DNA of 64,000 nt from an uncultured Acidobacteriota bacterium (GTDB taxonomy: Bacteria > Acidobacteriota > Polarisedimenticolia > J045): assembly GCA_963702425.1 (NCBI GenBank), contig CAVPCQ010000024.1, forward strand, positions 56,577 to 120,576, in the 5' to 3' direction. Below the pieces are notes generated by a model. The model searched no databases, had not been told where the DNA came from, and saw nothing but the letters and a program-made list of their open reading frames with translations. Numbering within the stretch: position 1 is the stretch's first letter; every line of letters starts with the position of its first letter. The position numbers were made by a program, and so were the translations under genes. Of this stretch, positions 27,880-37,464 are shown piece by piece.

Positions 27880-27948
27880 CTGGACGGGAGCCGCCGGGAC
27901 CGCACCGCCGGACAGGAGCCCTCGGCTACGCCGAAGCGGAGGAGAGCC

Positions 27949-28752
27949 TTGAGCGAGCACATCCGCCGACTCGTGCAGTTGCAGGAGATCGCCTTCGAAA
28001 TCAAGGAGATCCGCGACCTGGGCGCCCGGACCCCCGAGCGCCTGGCCGCGCTGGACGACGCCTTCCGGCAGAAGGTCGAGGAGATCGGGGCGGCCCGTCT
28101 GACTCACGAAGCCCTCGTCGCCGAGCGCCAGCGGCTCGGCCGGCAGCGCGAGGAAACGCTGCAGCGGCAGCAGCAGGCTCAGCAGAAACTGATGCAGGTC
28201 AGCAATACCCGCGAGTATAGCGCCGCCCTCAACGAGATCGACTCCAACAAGTCCGCGCTGGCCGCAATCGAGGACAAGCTGGCCGAGATCGAGCTGCAGC
28301 TCGAGGAGCTGAGCGGGCCGGCAGCGGAGGCCGACGAGCGGATCGCCGCGGCGCAGGCCGAACACGACGCGGAGAAGGCGCGGATGGAAGAATCGTCCGC
28401 ACGCTCCGGTGTCCGGCTGGCGGAGCTGGAGTCGCGGCGCGAGCAGCTCAAGGTCGGGATCCCGCGCGATTTCGTCTCCCGCTTCGATACGATCTTCAAC
28501 GCCCGCGGCGGCGTCGCGGTGGCGCGGATCGTCGCCAACGCGTGCAGCGCCTGCCACGTCCGGCTGCGACCGCAGATCATCAACCTGGTGAAGCGCGGCG
28601 AGGACCTGTCGTACTGCGAGAGTTGCCGGCGGATCCTCTACTTCGCAGAGACCGAGGGCGAGGCCGGCAACCCCGCGGCACCGGCGCCGGGCGCGCCGGC
28701 CGACGCGGCCGGCAAGCAGCCGGGCCCGGGGCTGACGCCGGCCGGCGCGTAG
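27949..28752 (+). CDS. Coiled-coil protein with C4-type zinc ribbon (DUF164 family)
   Basis: Long coiled coil, NTREYSA, CSACHVRLRPQ...CESCRRILY; TTG start after GGAG. Confidence 0.88.
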   Translation: MSEHIRRLVQLQEIAFEIKEIRDLGARTPERLAALDDAFRQKVEEIGAARLTHEALVAERQRLGRQREETLQRQQQAQQKLMQVSNTREYSAALNEIDSNKSALAAIEDKLAEIELQLEELSGPAAEADERIAAAQAEHDAEKARMEESSARSGVRLAELESRREQLKVGIPRDFVSRFDTIFNARGGVAVARIVANACSACHVRLRPQIINLVKRGEDLSYCESCRRILYFAETEGEAGNPAAPAPGAPADAAGKQPGPGLTPAGA

Positions 28753-28766
28753 CCCGGCGCCGGAAG

Positions 28767-29192
28767 ATGCGCCTGCTCGCCTGGGTCGACGGGGGGGCCC
28801 GCGGGAACCCCGGGCCGGCCGGGTGGGGGCTCTTCCTCAAGGACGCGGACGAACAGCCGCTGCTGCGCGCCTGGGGTTATCTCGGCGACACCACCAACAA
28901 CGTGGCGGAATACCGCGGGCTGATCGCGGCGCTCGAGGAGGCGCTGTCGCGCGGCGCGACGGAGCTGGAGGTGCGCACCGACAGCGAGCTGATCCAGCGC
29001 CAGGTCACCGGCGTCTACCGCGTGCGCCAGCCGCATCTGGTGCCGCTGGCGACGACGGTGCGCGAGCTGGCGGCGCGGCTGGGAGGCTTCCGGATCCTGC
29101 ACGTCCGACGCGAGCAGAACCGCGACGCCGACGCGCTGGCCAACCGCGCGATGGACGAACGGAGGTCCGGGCGCGAGGAGGGGGTGGCGTGA
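28767..29192 (+). CDS. rnhA: Ribonuclease HI family protein
   Basis: VDGGARGNPGPAG, TNNVAEYRGL, DSEL, HVRREQNRDADALAN. Confidence 0.9.
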   Translation: MRLLAWVDGGARGNPGPAGWGLFLKDADEQPLLRAWGYLGDTTNNVAEYRGLIAALEEALSRGATELEVRTDSELIQRQVTGVYRVRQPHLVPLATTVRELAARLGGFRILHVRREQNRDADALANRAMDERRSGREEGVA

Positions 29193-29911
29193 ACGGAGCG
29201 CAGCCGCCCGATGCCGCGCTCCACGCGGGCGTCGCCGCCAACCTGGCGGACGTGCTGCACCGGATCGCCGCCGCCTGCGCGCGCGCCGGGCGCGACCCGG
29301 CGGCGGTGACGCTGGTCGGGGTGACGAAGACCGTGCCGGTCCCCGCGATCCGCGCCGCACTCGACGCCGGGCTCGCCGTGCTGGGCGAGAACCGCGTGCA
29401 GGAGGCGCTCCCGAAGCTGGCCGAGCTGCCGGGCGCGCGCTGGCACTTCATCGGCGAGCTGCAGCGCAACAAGGCGCGCCGGGTGGCCGAGCAGTTCGAG
29501 CTGATCCACTCGGTCGACTCGCTCCGGCTCGGCGAGACGCTGGCGCGGATCGGAGACGAGCTGGGGCGCCCGGTGCAGGCGCTGGTGGAGGTCAACGTCG
29601 GCGGAGAGGCGACGAAGGCCGGGATCGAGCCGGAGGAGCTGGAGCCGCTGCTGCGCGGGCTCGCCGGCCGGCCGGGCCTGGCGATCCGCGGCCTGATGGC
29701 GGTCCCGCCGCCGCTCGACGATCCGGAGGACGCGCGGCCGTACTTCCGCCGGCTGGCGGCGCTCGCCCACGCCGCCGGCACGCTCGCCCTGCCGGGGATC
29801 GCGATGGACGAGCTGTCGATGGGGATGACCCACGATTTCGAGGTCGCGATCGAAGAAGGCGCAACCTTCGTGCGCGTCGGGACCGGGATCTTCGGCGTGC
29901 GGGGACGGTAG
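29189..29911 (+). CDS. yggS: PLP homeostasis protein YggS/PLPBP
   Basis: LVGVTKT, GENRVQE, WHFIGELQRNK, LSMGMTHDFEVAIEEGATFVRVGTGIFG. Confidence 0.95.
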   Translation: MNGAQPPDAALHAGVAANLADVLHRIAAACARAGRDPAAVTLVGVTKTVPVPAIRAALDAGLAVLGENRVQEALPKLAELPGARWHFIGELQRNKARRVAEQFELIHSVDSLRLGETLARIGDELGRPVQALVEVNVGGEATKAGIEPEELEPLLRGLAGRPGLAIRGLMAVPPPLDDPEDARPYFRRLAALAHAAGTLALPGIAMDELSMGMTHDFEVAIEEGATFVRVGTGIFGVRGR

Positions 29912-29951
29912 ACGCGCCGACAGGAGGCAGCGCTCCCCGGGGCCCGCTCCG

Positions 29952-30197
29952 CTACTTGAAGAGGCCGACCATCTTCAGCAGCGCGATGAGCAGCGACGCG
30001 CCCACGACCGCCATCACCCACGACAGGACCGGCCCCCCGCCCATGCCGAGACTGCCGGCGATCCAGCCGCCGAGGCCGGCCCCGACGATCCCCACGATGA
30101 CGTTGGCGATGAGGCCCATCTGAGCGTTCGTCTTCATCACCATGCTGGCGAGCCAGCCGATCACGCCGCCGACGATCAACTGCAGGATCAGGTTCAT
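29952..30197 (-). CDS. GlsB/YeaQ/YmgE (transglycosylase-associated) membrane protein
   Basis: IVGGVIGWLAS...NVIVGIVGAGLGG...AVVGASLLI. Confidence 0.9.
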   Translation of the reverse strand: MNLILQLIVGGVIGWLASMVMKTNAQMGLIANVIVGIVGAGLGGWIAGSLGMGGGPVLSWVMAVVGASLLIALLKMVGLFK

Positions 30198-30437
30198 CGT
30201 GCACTCCTTTCAGGGGGCTCCCGCGCCGTTCGATGGCGCGCGCGGTGACCTCCCCATGCTAACCGAGAACCCTTGCCCCGCCGGGCCGAGGCAGGGCCTC
30301 CGGCTTTCCCGCTCCTCGATTCTCCGGCCGGGATCGCGATGTGACGAACCTGTCCGCCCGCGCCCCTTCCCCCGGCGCCCCGGGCCGGGTTTCGCAGCCC
30401 GCACGGCGAGCCGGCCACCCCGCCGCCGGTTCCGTTC

Positions 30438-30465
30438 TTGACAGGGGCCGGAAAACCCGTATCTC
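30438..30465 (+). promoter_or_regulatory. Putative sigma70 promoter for the FAAL-ACP-reductase gene
   Basis: TTGACA at 30438, 16-nt spacer, TATCTC. Confidence 0.45.
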
Positions 30466-30616
30466 CTTACCCAGCTTCGGGCTGGTTCCAGTGGGATCTT
30501 CATGCCGGGCGACTGACGCGAACGCACGGGGCGTTCGCTTCGCCGTGCTCGGGCCGTAGGACGGAGACCGCGAAAGCGGTGTTCCCGGCCTCTCGTCCGG
30601 AGGGAACGCTCCGCCG

Positions 30617-33600
30617 ATGAACTCGATCGTCGATTACCTCGATCACTGGGCCGCCGTCCAGCCGGACAAGTGCCTCTACAGCTATCTCGAAGTCGACGGA
30701 ACCGAGCGCGAGGCCTACACCTACCAGGCGTTCAGCGAGCGCACGCGCCACCTCGCCGAGTTCATCTCCCAGCTCGAGGGGCTCAAGCACGGCGATCGAG
30801 CGCTCCTCGTCTTCCCGCCCGGACTCGAGGTCATCGTCGCCTTCCTGGCCTGCGCCCGCGCCGGGATCATCCCGGTCCCCGTCTACCCGCCGACGCCGAT
30901 GAACTTCGAGAGCGGCCTCGCCAAGCTGACCTTCGTCGCGAAGGACTGCGGAGCGAAGATCGCCCTGACGACGCGTGGCTTCTACAGCTCCTACCGGCTG
31001 CTGCTCGCCAAGCGGAAGATCGCATCGCTCTGGCTGAGCGGTCCGGAGTTGCCGAACCTCGAGTGGGTCACGACCGACGACGTCCGCGGCCAGGCAGCAG
31101 CGGACTTCCGGAACCGCGTCCACGACACGCTCTTCCTCCAGTACACCTCGGGCTCGACGAGCGACCCCAAGGGGGTCATCGTCTCCCAGCGCAACGTCGT
31201 CCAGAACGCGCACGCCACGCTGACCCACGTCCCGATCTGCGTCTCGTGGCTGCCGCAGTACCACGACATGGGCCTGATCGGGTATTACCTGTTCCCGCTG
31301 ATCGAAGGCGGCACGGTCTACGGCTTCTCGCCGCTCAACTTCCTGAAGCGGCCGGCGCTCTGGCTGCAGACGATCAGCCGCGTCAAGAGCACGATCACCT
31401 CCTCGCCCAACTTCGGCTTCGACTACTGCCTGCGCGAGGACAAGCTGCCCGCCGAGGAGCTGGCCGGGATCGACCTGTCGTCGCTGCAGTTCCTGATGAA
31501 CGCGGCCGAGCCGGTGCGGGCCGAGACCTTCTCGCACTTCTACGAGCGGTTCGAGCCGTATGGCCTCTCGCGCGACGCCCACGTCGTCGCCTACGGGCTG
31601 GCGGAGTACACGCTCTGCGTCTCCAACTGGGGCCGCCAGATCGTGACGGTCAACAAGCAGTTGATCCAGCAGCGGACGCTGCACATCGAGAACTACCAGC
31701 CGCTGAACAACAACCAGGTCCGGCTGGTGAGCTGCGGCAAGCCGCTGAAGGGGGTGCAGGCGCGGATCGTCGATCCCGATACCTGCGTCGCGCTGAGCGA
31801 GCGGGCGATCGGAGAGATCTGGCTCGCCGGAGACAGCCGCTGCCAGGGCTACTGGAACCGGCCGGAGCTGAGCCGAGAGGTCTTTCAGGGCCGGATCGCG
31901 AACGAGCCGGCCGACGCGCCGCCCCATCTGCGGACGGGCGACCTGGGCTTCCTCTACGAGGGCGAGATCTTCGTCTGCGGCCGCAGCAAGGACCTGATCA
32001 TCATCCGCGGCGTCAACTACTACCCGCAGGACATCGAGGCGATCGTCGAGGGCGCCTCGCCGCGGATCCGCAAGGGCGGTGCCGTCGCGTTCGCGGTGGA
32101 CATCGGCGGCGAGGCGCTGGTCGTACTGGCCGAGGTGCGCAAGGCGGGCGACCTCCCGGACCCCGCCGAGATCGCCAAGGCGATCCGCACCCAGTACTAC
32201 ATCGAGCCGCACACGATCGCCTTCGTTCCCCACGGCAGCATCGCGAAGACGACCTCGGGCAAGATCGCCCGGGCGCTGACGCGGCAGCGCTGGCAGGACG
32301 GCGAGCTGGAGGTGATCGCGACCTACGTCAGCACCCGCGACCACGAGCCGCCCGGCGAGTTGAACGGGCTGCGCGAGCGGTTCCAGTACATCGTCACGCT
32401 CTACAACCTGACCGGCCACGAAGAGTACACCTTCGCCGAGATCGGCATCGACTCGCTCACGCTCGTCCGCCTGCTCGAGGACATCAAGGTCCTGCTCGAG
32501 GAGCACGATGCAGGCTCGCTCGTCAAGGACGTCGACGTGCGCCTGCTGCAGCGGCTGACGGTCGCCGAGTTCTTCTCGCTGCTCGATCAGTTCGAGCACT
32601 CGTCGAACGAGCCGATCCTGGCACTGCGCTACGTCCTGCGGCGGATCCAGGAGGAGCACGAGGGGTACGAGCGCGAGTGCATGCGGTCGGATGCCGAGTT
32701 CTCCGTTTCCGGTTTCGCTGTCAGCCGAGCCGAGCAGCAGCCCGTCAGCAACGTATTGCTGACCGGAGCCACGGGCTTCTTCGGGCCGTTCCTGCTGAAC
32801 AGCCTGCTGCGCAAGACCCCGTTCAACTTCTACACCGTGACGCGGGCGACCGACCCGGTCCATGGCCTCGACCGCATCAAGTCCGCGCTCCGGCGCTCCC
32901 GGCTGCTGACGCCGGAGCTGGAGGACGCGCTCGAGCGGCGCGTCCACGTCGTGTGCGGCAACCTGACCCGGCACAACCTCGGGCTCTCGTCCGAGCAGTG
33001 GAAGAACCTCAGCCAGAAGGTCCAGGCGATCTGCCACAACGGCGCGCTGGTCAACTACGTCCTCAACTACGACGCACTCCGTCCGGCGAACGTCGACGGA
33101 ACGCGCGAGATCCTGCGCTTCGCCTTCACCGGCGCGCCGAAGCAGTTCCACATGATCTCGAGCACGTTCATCTACGGGTGGACGGTCAAGGCGATGCTGT
33201 TCGAGAAGGACAACAACCCGGAGATGGCCAACCTCGACTTCGGCTACGCGCAGAGCAAGTGGGTGGCCGAGCAGCTCGTGCTCGCGGCGCAAAAGAGCGG
33301 GCTCGACGCGCGGATCTACCGCCCCTCGCTGATTTCGGCGTCGACGAACGGCGTCGGCAGCAAGGACGACATCGCCGTGCGTCTCCTGGCCTTCATGATC
33401 CGCCACGGCATCGGCGTGACCGCCCGGAACCAGATCAGCTTCCTGCCGGCCGACCTCGTCGCCGACAACATCGCGTCGATCTTCAAGGAGCCAGAGATCC
33501 CGGCTCGCACGCTGCACTTCACGGTCGACGACTACTACAACATGGCCGACGTGACGCAGGTGATCAGCAAGAAGTACGGCTACCACTTCACGTATTTCGA

Positions 33601-33889
33601 CATCCCGGGGTTCATGAAGCAGATGAACCAGCGCTGCACGCAGGACGACCTGCTCTACCCGCTCACGGACTTCTTCATCCGCTCCCAGGACAAGCTCGCC
33701 GCGATGCAGCACAAGCGCTACAACAACGACATGTACCGCGTGGCCAGGGCGCAGTCCGGCGGGCGTCCCGATCCGTCGCTCGAGGACACCGTGACCTACA
33801 TCGTCGACTACATGCTGCGCGAAGGGATCATCGAGCCGCTGGGCGGAAAGTCCGCGCGGGCCGGGGGCGCGTCGTCCCTGCCCGCGTAA
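30617..33889 (+). CDS. Fatty acyl-AMP ligase - carrier protein - thioester reductase multidomain enzyme
   Basis: LQYTSGSTSDPKGV, SWLPQYHDMGL, YGLAE, LRTGDLG, KTTSGKIAR; GIDSL phosphopantetheine site; LLTGATGFFG and GYAQSKWVAE reductase motifs. Confidence 0.9.
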   Translation: MNSIVDYLDHWAAVQPDKCLYSYLEVDGTEREAYTYQAFSERTRHLAEFISQLEGLKHGDRALLVFPPGLEVIVAFLACARAGIIPVPVYPPTPMNFESGLAKLTFVAKDCGAKIALTTRGFYSSYRLLLAKRKIASLWLSGPELPNLEWVTTDDVRGQAAADFRNRVHDTLFLQYTSGSTSDPKGVIVSQRNVVQNAHATLTHVPICVSWLPQYHDMGLIGYYLFPLIEGGTVYGFSPLNFLKRPALWLQTISRVKSTITSSPNFGFDYCLREDKLPAEELAGIDLSSLQFLMNAAEPVRAETFSHFYERFEPYGLSRDAHVVAYGLAEYTLCVSNWGRQIVTVNKQLIQQRTLHIENYQPLNNNQVRLVSCGKPLKGVQARIVDPDTCVALSERAIGEIWLAGDSRCQGYWNRPELSREVFQGRIANEPADAPPHLRTGDLGFLYEGEIFVCGRSKDLIIIRGVNYYPQDIEAIVEGASPRIRKGGAVAFAVDIGGEALVVLAEVRKAGDLPDPAEIAKAIRTQYYIEPHTIAFVPHGSIAKTTSGKIARALTRQRWQDGELEVIATYVSTRDHEPPGELNGLRERFQYIVTLYNLTGHEEYTFAEIGIDSLTLVRLLEDIKVLLEEHDAGSLVKDVDVRLLQRLTVAEFFSLLDQFEHSSNEPILALRYVLRRIQEEHEGYERECMRSDAEFSVSGFAVSRAEQQPVSNVLLTGATGFFGPFLLNSLLRKTPFNFYTVTRATDPVHGLDRIKSALRRSRLLTPELEDALERRVHVVCGNLTRHNLGLSSEQWKNLSQKVQAICHNGALVNYVLNYDALRPANVDGTREILRFAFTGAPKQFHMISSTFIYGWTVKAMLFEKDNNPEMANLDFGYAQSKWVAEQLVLAAQKSGLDARIYRPSLISASTNGVGSKDDIAVRLLAFMIRHGIGVTARNQISFLPADLVADNIASIFKEPEIPARTLHFTVDDYYNMADVTQVISKKYGYHFTYFDIPGFMKQMNQRCTQDDLLYPLTDFFIRSQDKLAAMQHKRYNNDMYRVARAQSGGRPDPSLEDTVTYIVDYMLREGIIEPLGGKSARAGGASSLPA

Positions 33890-33995
33890 AGACGATCCGG
33901 GTGCCCGGCTGACACCCGGTTGCCGTCCCGCTCCGGGTTTGCGTATCGTGGGGCGCCCGAAACGCCGCCTCCCGGCCGGATCCCGGAGCCCCTGC

Positions 33996-34508
33996 ATGCC
34001 GCTCACCCCGCTCGACATCGAGTCCCGCCGCTTCAAGCGCGAGTTCGCCGGCTACAGCAAGAACGAGGTCAGCACGTTCCTGCGCTCCGCCGCCGACGCC
34101 CTGTCGCAGGCGACGCTGGAGCGCGAGGAGCTCGGCCGGATGCTGCAGGCGGCCCGCGGCGAGGTGGACGACTACCGCCACCGCGAGCGGATCCTGATCG
34201 ACGCGCTGGCGGCGTCGGAGAAGATCGGCGAGGACCGCCGCGCGGCGGCGCAGCAGGATGCGGAGCGGATCGTCGGCGAAGCCCGCTTCCAGGCCGAGCA
34301 GCTCCTGGCGCGCACGCGCGAGGAGATCACGCGCCTGCAGCAGCACATCATCCGGATCAAGACCGAGCGCGAGATGTTCGAGAGCCGGCTCTCGGCGCTG
34401 ATCGACGAGCACCGCCGCCTGCTCGACATCCGCCGCCAGGAGGCGGTCGTCACCGACCGGCTCCGCGCGGGCCGCACGAGTCTGCCCCCCACGACCGAGC
34501 ATGAGTGA
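33996..34508 (+). CDS. divIVA: DivIVA domain protein
   Basis: MPLTPLDIESRRFKREFAGYSKNEVSTFL followed by coiled coil. Confidence 0.9.
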   Translation: MPLTPLDIESRRFKREFAGYSKNEVSTFLRSAADALSQATLEREELGRMLQAARGEVDDYRHRERILIDALAASEKIGEDRRAAAQQDAERIVGEARFQAEQLLARTREEITRLQQHIIRIKTEREMFESRLSALIDEHRRLLDIRRQEAVVTDRLRAGRTSLPPTTEHE

Positions 34509-35772
34509 GCGGCCGCCGGCGGATCTCGTCATCGTCGGCGCGTCGGAGGTCGTGACCTGCGCGGGCCCGGGCCCGCTCGCAGGGGCCCTCCAGGGGCGGC
34601 TGACGATCATCGAGGAAGGGGCGATCGCGGCGAAAGACGGCCGCATCGTCTGGGTCGGCCCCGAGACCAGGCTGGCGCGCTCGGTCGCGGTCGAGCCGGG
34701 GGCGACGCGGATCGAGGTCGGCGACCGCGCGGTGCTGCCCGGGCTCGTCGACGCCCACACGCACCTCGTCTGGGCCGGCGACCGCGCCGACGAGTTCGAG
34801 CGGCGCCTGGCCGGCGAGAGCTACTCGGAGATTGCGAAGACGGGGGGCGGGATCCTGCGCACGGTCGAGGCCACGCGCGAGGCGTCCCGTGACGAGCTGG
34901 CCGCAGCAGCCGGCGCGCGGATCGATCGGATGGCGCGCTTTGGCGCGACGACCTTCGAGGTGAAGTCCGGCTACGGCCTCGACCCGGCCAGCGAGATCAA
35001 GCTGCTCGAGGCGGCGCGCGCCGCGGCGCGCGCGCGGCCCTACGAGGTGGTGACGACTTTCCTCGGTGCGCACACCTTTCCGCGCGAGGCGCGCAGCTCG
35101 GCGCAGGCCCGCCGCCGCTACGTCGACAGCGTCGCGAAGGAGATGATCCCCGAGGTGGCGGCCCGCGGTCTGGCGCGCTTCGCTGACGTCTTCGTCGACG
35201 AGCACGCCTTCAGCCTGGCCGAGGCGCAGATGATCCTGACCGCGGCGAAGGAGGCCGGCCTGGCGATCAAGCTGCACGCCGACCAGCTGGCCGACGACGG
35301 CACGGCGCAGCTCGCGGCGGAGCTGGGGGCGACCAGCGCCGACCACCTCGAGCACGCCTCCGACCGGGGCCTGGCTGCGATGGCGGCGGCGGGGACGGTC
35401 GCGGTGCTGCTCCCTGCGGCCAGCGTCTTCCTGCGCAACCGGGAGCAGGCGCCGGCGCGGCGGATGATCGAGCTGGGCCTGCCGGTGGCCCTGGCGACCG
35501 ACCTCAACCCCGGGACGTCACCGTGCGAATCGCTGCCGTTGACGATGCAGCTCGGGGCGCTGCTCTACGGGATGACCGTCGCCGAGACGATCGTCGCCGC
35601 GACGATCAACGCCGCCGCCGCGTGCGGTGTCGCCGACCGGGTCGGCTCGATCGAGAAGGAAAAGCGCTGCGACCTGTTCGTGCTCGACGCGGCCGACCAC
35701 CGGCAGCTGCTCTACCAGTTCGGCTCGGCGCGGACGCACATGGTGATCGCAGGCGGGCGGATCGTCGCCTGA
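34501..35772 (+). CDS. hutI: Imidazolonepropionase
   Basis: PGLVDAHTHLVWAGDRADEF, EVKSGYGL, KLHADQL, SADHLE, ATDLNPGTSP. Confidence 0.95.
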   Translation: MSERPPADLVIVGASEVVTCAGPGPLAGALQGRLTIIEEGAIAAKDGRIVWVGPETRLARSVAVEPGATRIEVGDRAVLPGLVDAHTHLVWAGDRADEFERRLAGESYSEIAKTGGGILRTVEATREASRDELAAAAGARIDRMARFGATTFEVKSGYGLDPASEIKLLEAARAAARARPYEVVTTFLGAHTFPREARSSAQARRRYVDSVAKEMIPEVAARGLARFADVFVDEHAFSLAEAQMILTAAKEAGLAIKLHADQLADDGTAQLAAELGATSADHLEHASDRGLAAMAAAGTVAVLLPAASVFLRNREQAPARRMIELGLPVALATDLNPGTSPCESLPLTMQLGALLYGMTVAETIVAATINAAAACGVADRVGSIEKEKRCDLFVLDAADHRQLLYQFGSARTHMVIAGGRIVA

Positions 35773-35791
35773 GGGGCGCGCCGCCCGCGAG

Positions 35792-36157
35792 TCACATTCT
35801 GAGGTGCTTGAACTCCTCGCTGAAGTCCCAGACCCACTCGTAGACCTCGAGGTTCACGACGATCCGGTGCTTCATCGTCAGCCGCAGGTCGTTGGGACGG
35901 ACCTCGAGGTCGAGGTCCTTCTTGTTCAGCGGGATCTCCAACTCCTTGGCCTTGTCGAGGACCGACTTCAGGATGTCGTCGGTCTTGACCCTCGTCATCG
36001 TGCCGGCGAGCTGGACCTGCGAGTCGGCGAAATCGTGCAGCTCGAGCACCGCCATGCGCGTCGGGATCGTCCGGACCGCGACGAAAATGCCGGCGGCCAT
36101 GAGCAGCAGCCAGATGACGACCCCCAGCCGCCCCTCACCTCGTTCGTTGTGCATCAT
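35792..36157 (-). CDS. Small single-pass protein with pilin-like N-terminus (DUF4845-like)
   Basis: NERGEG followed by a hydrophobic helix. Confidence 0.6.
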   Translation of the reverse strand: MMHNERGEGRLGVVIWLLLMAAGIFVAVRTIPTRMAVLELHDFADSQVQLAGTMTRVKTDDILKSVLDKAKELEIPLNKKDLDLEVRPNDLRLTMKHRIVVNLEVYEWVWDFSEEFKHLRM

Positions 36158-36247
36158 GGACAGGCTCCTCCGGCGCCGTCCCCCGGGACCCACGACGGTC
36201 CACCGGGAGCGGCCTCCTCGGTGAGAATCTAGGAACGGAGGCCGGGG

Positions 36248-37378
36248 ATGACCACGCGGCAGGCGAGGGGGGCGGGCGAGGGCGGTCCCGGGGTCGGGAG
36301 CGGCGGCCCGGGGGCCGGACCGCTCGGGGACCGCGAGCTGCTGCGGCAGACCTCCCGGACCTTCGCGCTCTCGGTGGAACTCCTACCAGCGCGCTTGAGG
36401 GGGCCGGTTGAGGCAGCCTATCTCCTTGCGCGAATTGGCGATACGGTAGCGGACCGGGGGATCGCGCCGACCGCCGCGCGGATCGATGAGCTGGAGCGGC
36501 TGCGGGGGGCCAGGGCCGCGGGGCCCGTCGGCAAGGGGTTCCTGGCGGAGGGGGGTGGGGACGGCGACGAGCGAGCGACGCAGGCCGAGGCGCAGCTGCT
36601 GGCCGGCGCGGAGGGGATCCTCGCCCGCCTGGCGCGGCTCCCCGTGGCCGATCGGGACGACGTGCAGCGGGTCGTCGACCGCCTGCTCGCGACGATGGTC
36701 GGCGAGCTGCGCCTCTTCGACGAGGAAGGGCGCGCCCGGGGCGGACTCGCCGCGCTCCCAGACGCCGCCGCGCTGACCGCCTACACCGAGGGGATCGCCG
36801 GCTGCGTCGGCGAGTTCTGGACGCGGCTGCTGGTGCGGCACGCGTCGCTGCCGGCGCTGCTGCGTGTTCCGGCGTCAGCGTCGCCTCCTGCGTCGACGCC
36901 GCGGATCGACGCCCTGATCGTCGAAGGCCGGCGCTACGGTCGCGGCCTGCAGCTGGTCAACGTGCTGCGCGACCTGCCGCGCGACCTGCGCCGCGGCCGC
37001 TGCTTCCTCCCGGCCGACGAGCTGCGCGCGCTGGGGCTGACGCCGCGCGATCTGCTCGATCCCGCCGTGGGCGAGCGTCTCGCGCCGCTCCTCGCCCGCT
37101 GGCAGGCCCGCGCGCGGCGCGGCCTCCTCGCCGGTCTCGCCTACACCGCGCGCCTGCGCGGCGCGGGCTGGCGCGTGCGCACGGCGACCGCACTGCCGGC
37201 GGCGTTGGGGCTGGCAACGCTCGCTGTGCTCGAGCGCGCGCCCCTCGCGGCGCGGCTCGATCCGACCGAGGTGCTGCGCGTGTCGCGGGCCGAAGTGCGC
37301 GGGATCGCGGCCCGCACCGCGGTGCTGGCGCTGCATCCGAGCTGGATCGCGCGGGCCGCGCGGCCCCCCCGAGCGTGA
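36248..37378 (+). CDS. Squalene/phytoene synthase family protein
   Basis: SRTFALS, ARIGDTVAD, AGCVGEFWT, YGRGLQLVNVLRDLPRDLRRGRCFLP. Confidence 0.88.
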   Translation: MTTRQARGAGEGGPGVGSGGPGAGPLGDRELLRQTSRTFALSVELLPARLRGPVEAAYLLARIGDTVADRGIAPTAARIDELERLRGARAAGPVGKGFLAEGGGDGDERATQAEAQLLAGAEGILARLARLPVADRDDVQRVVDRLLATMVGELRLFDEEGRARGGLAALPDAAALTAYTEGIAGCVGEFWTRLLVRHASLPALLRVPASASPPASTPRIDALIVEGRRYGRGLQLVNVLRDLPRDLRRGRCFLPADELRALGLTPRDLLDPAVGERLAPLLARWQARARRGLLAGLAYTARLRGAGWRVRTATALPAALGLATLAVLERAPLAARLDPTEVLRVSRAEVRGIAARTAVLALHPSWIARAARPPRA

Positions 37379-37464
37379 CGGTCCGAGCGCAACCCCATCC
37401 GGCTTGACCGGCCAGACGGCGCGGACCGAGGTTCCCCTGCGGGGGCGTTCCCGCGGAGTGGCCG

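Noticed and set aside
30540-30600. c-di-GMP-I riboswitch because of the GAAA tetraloop
   Set aside because: The conserved GGCAAAC and GACGCAAAGC elements are absent; kept only as an unclassified structured leader
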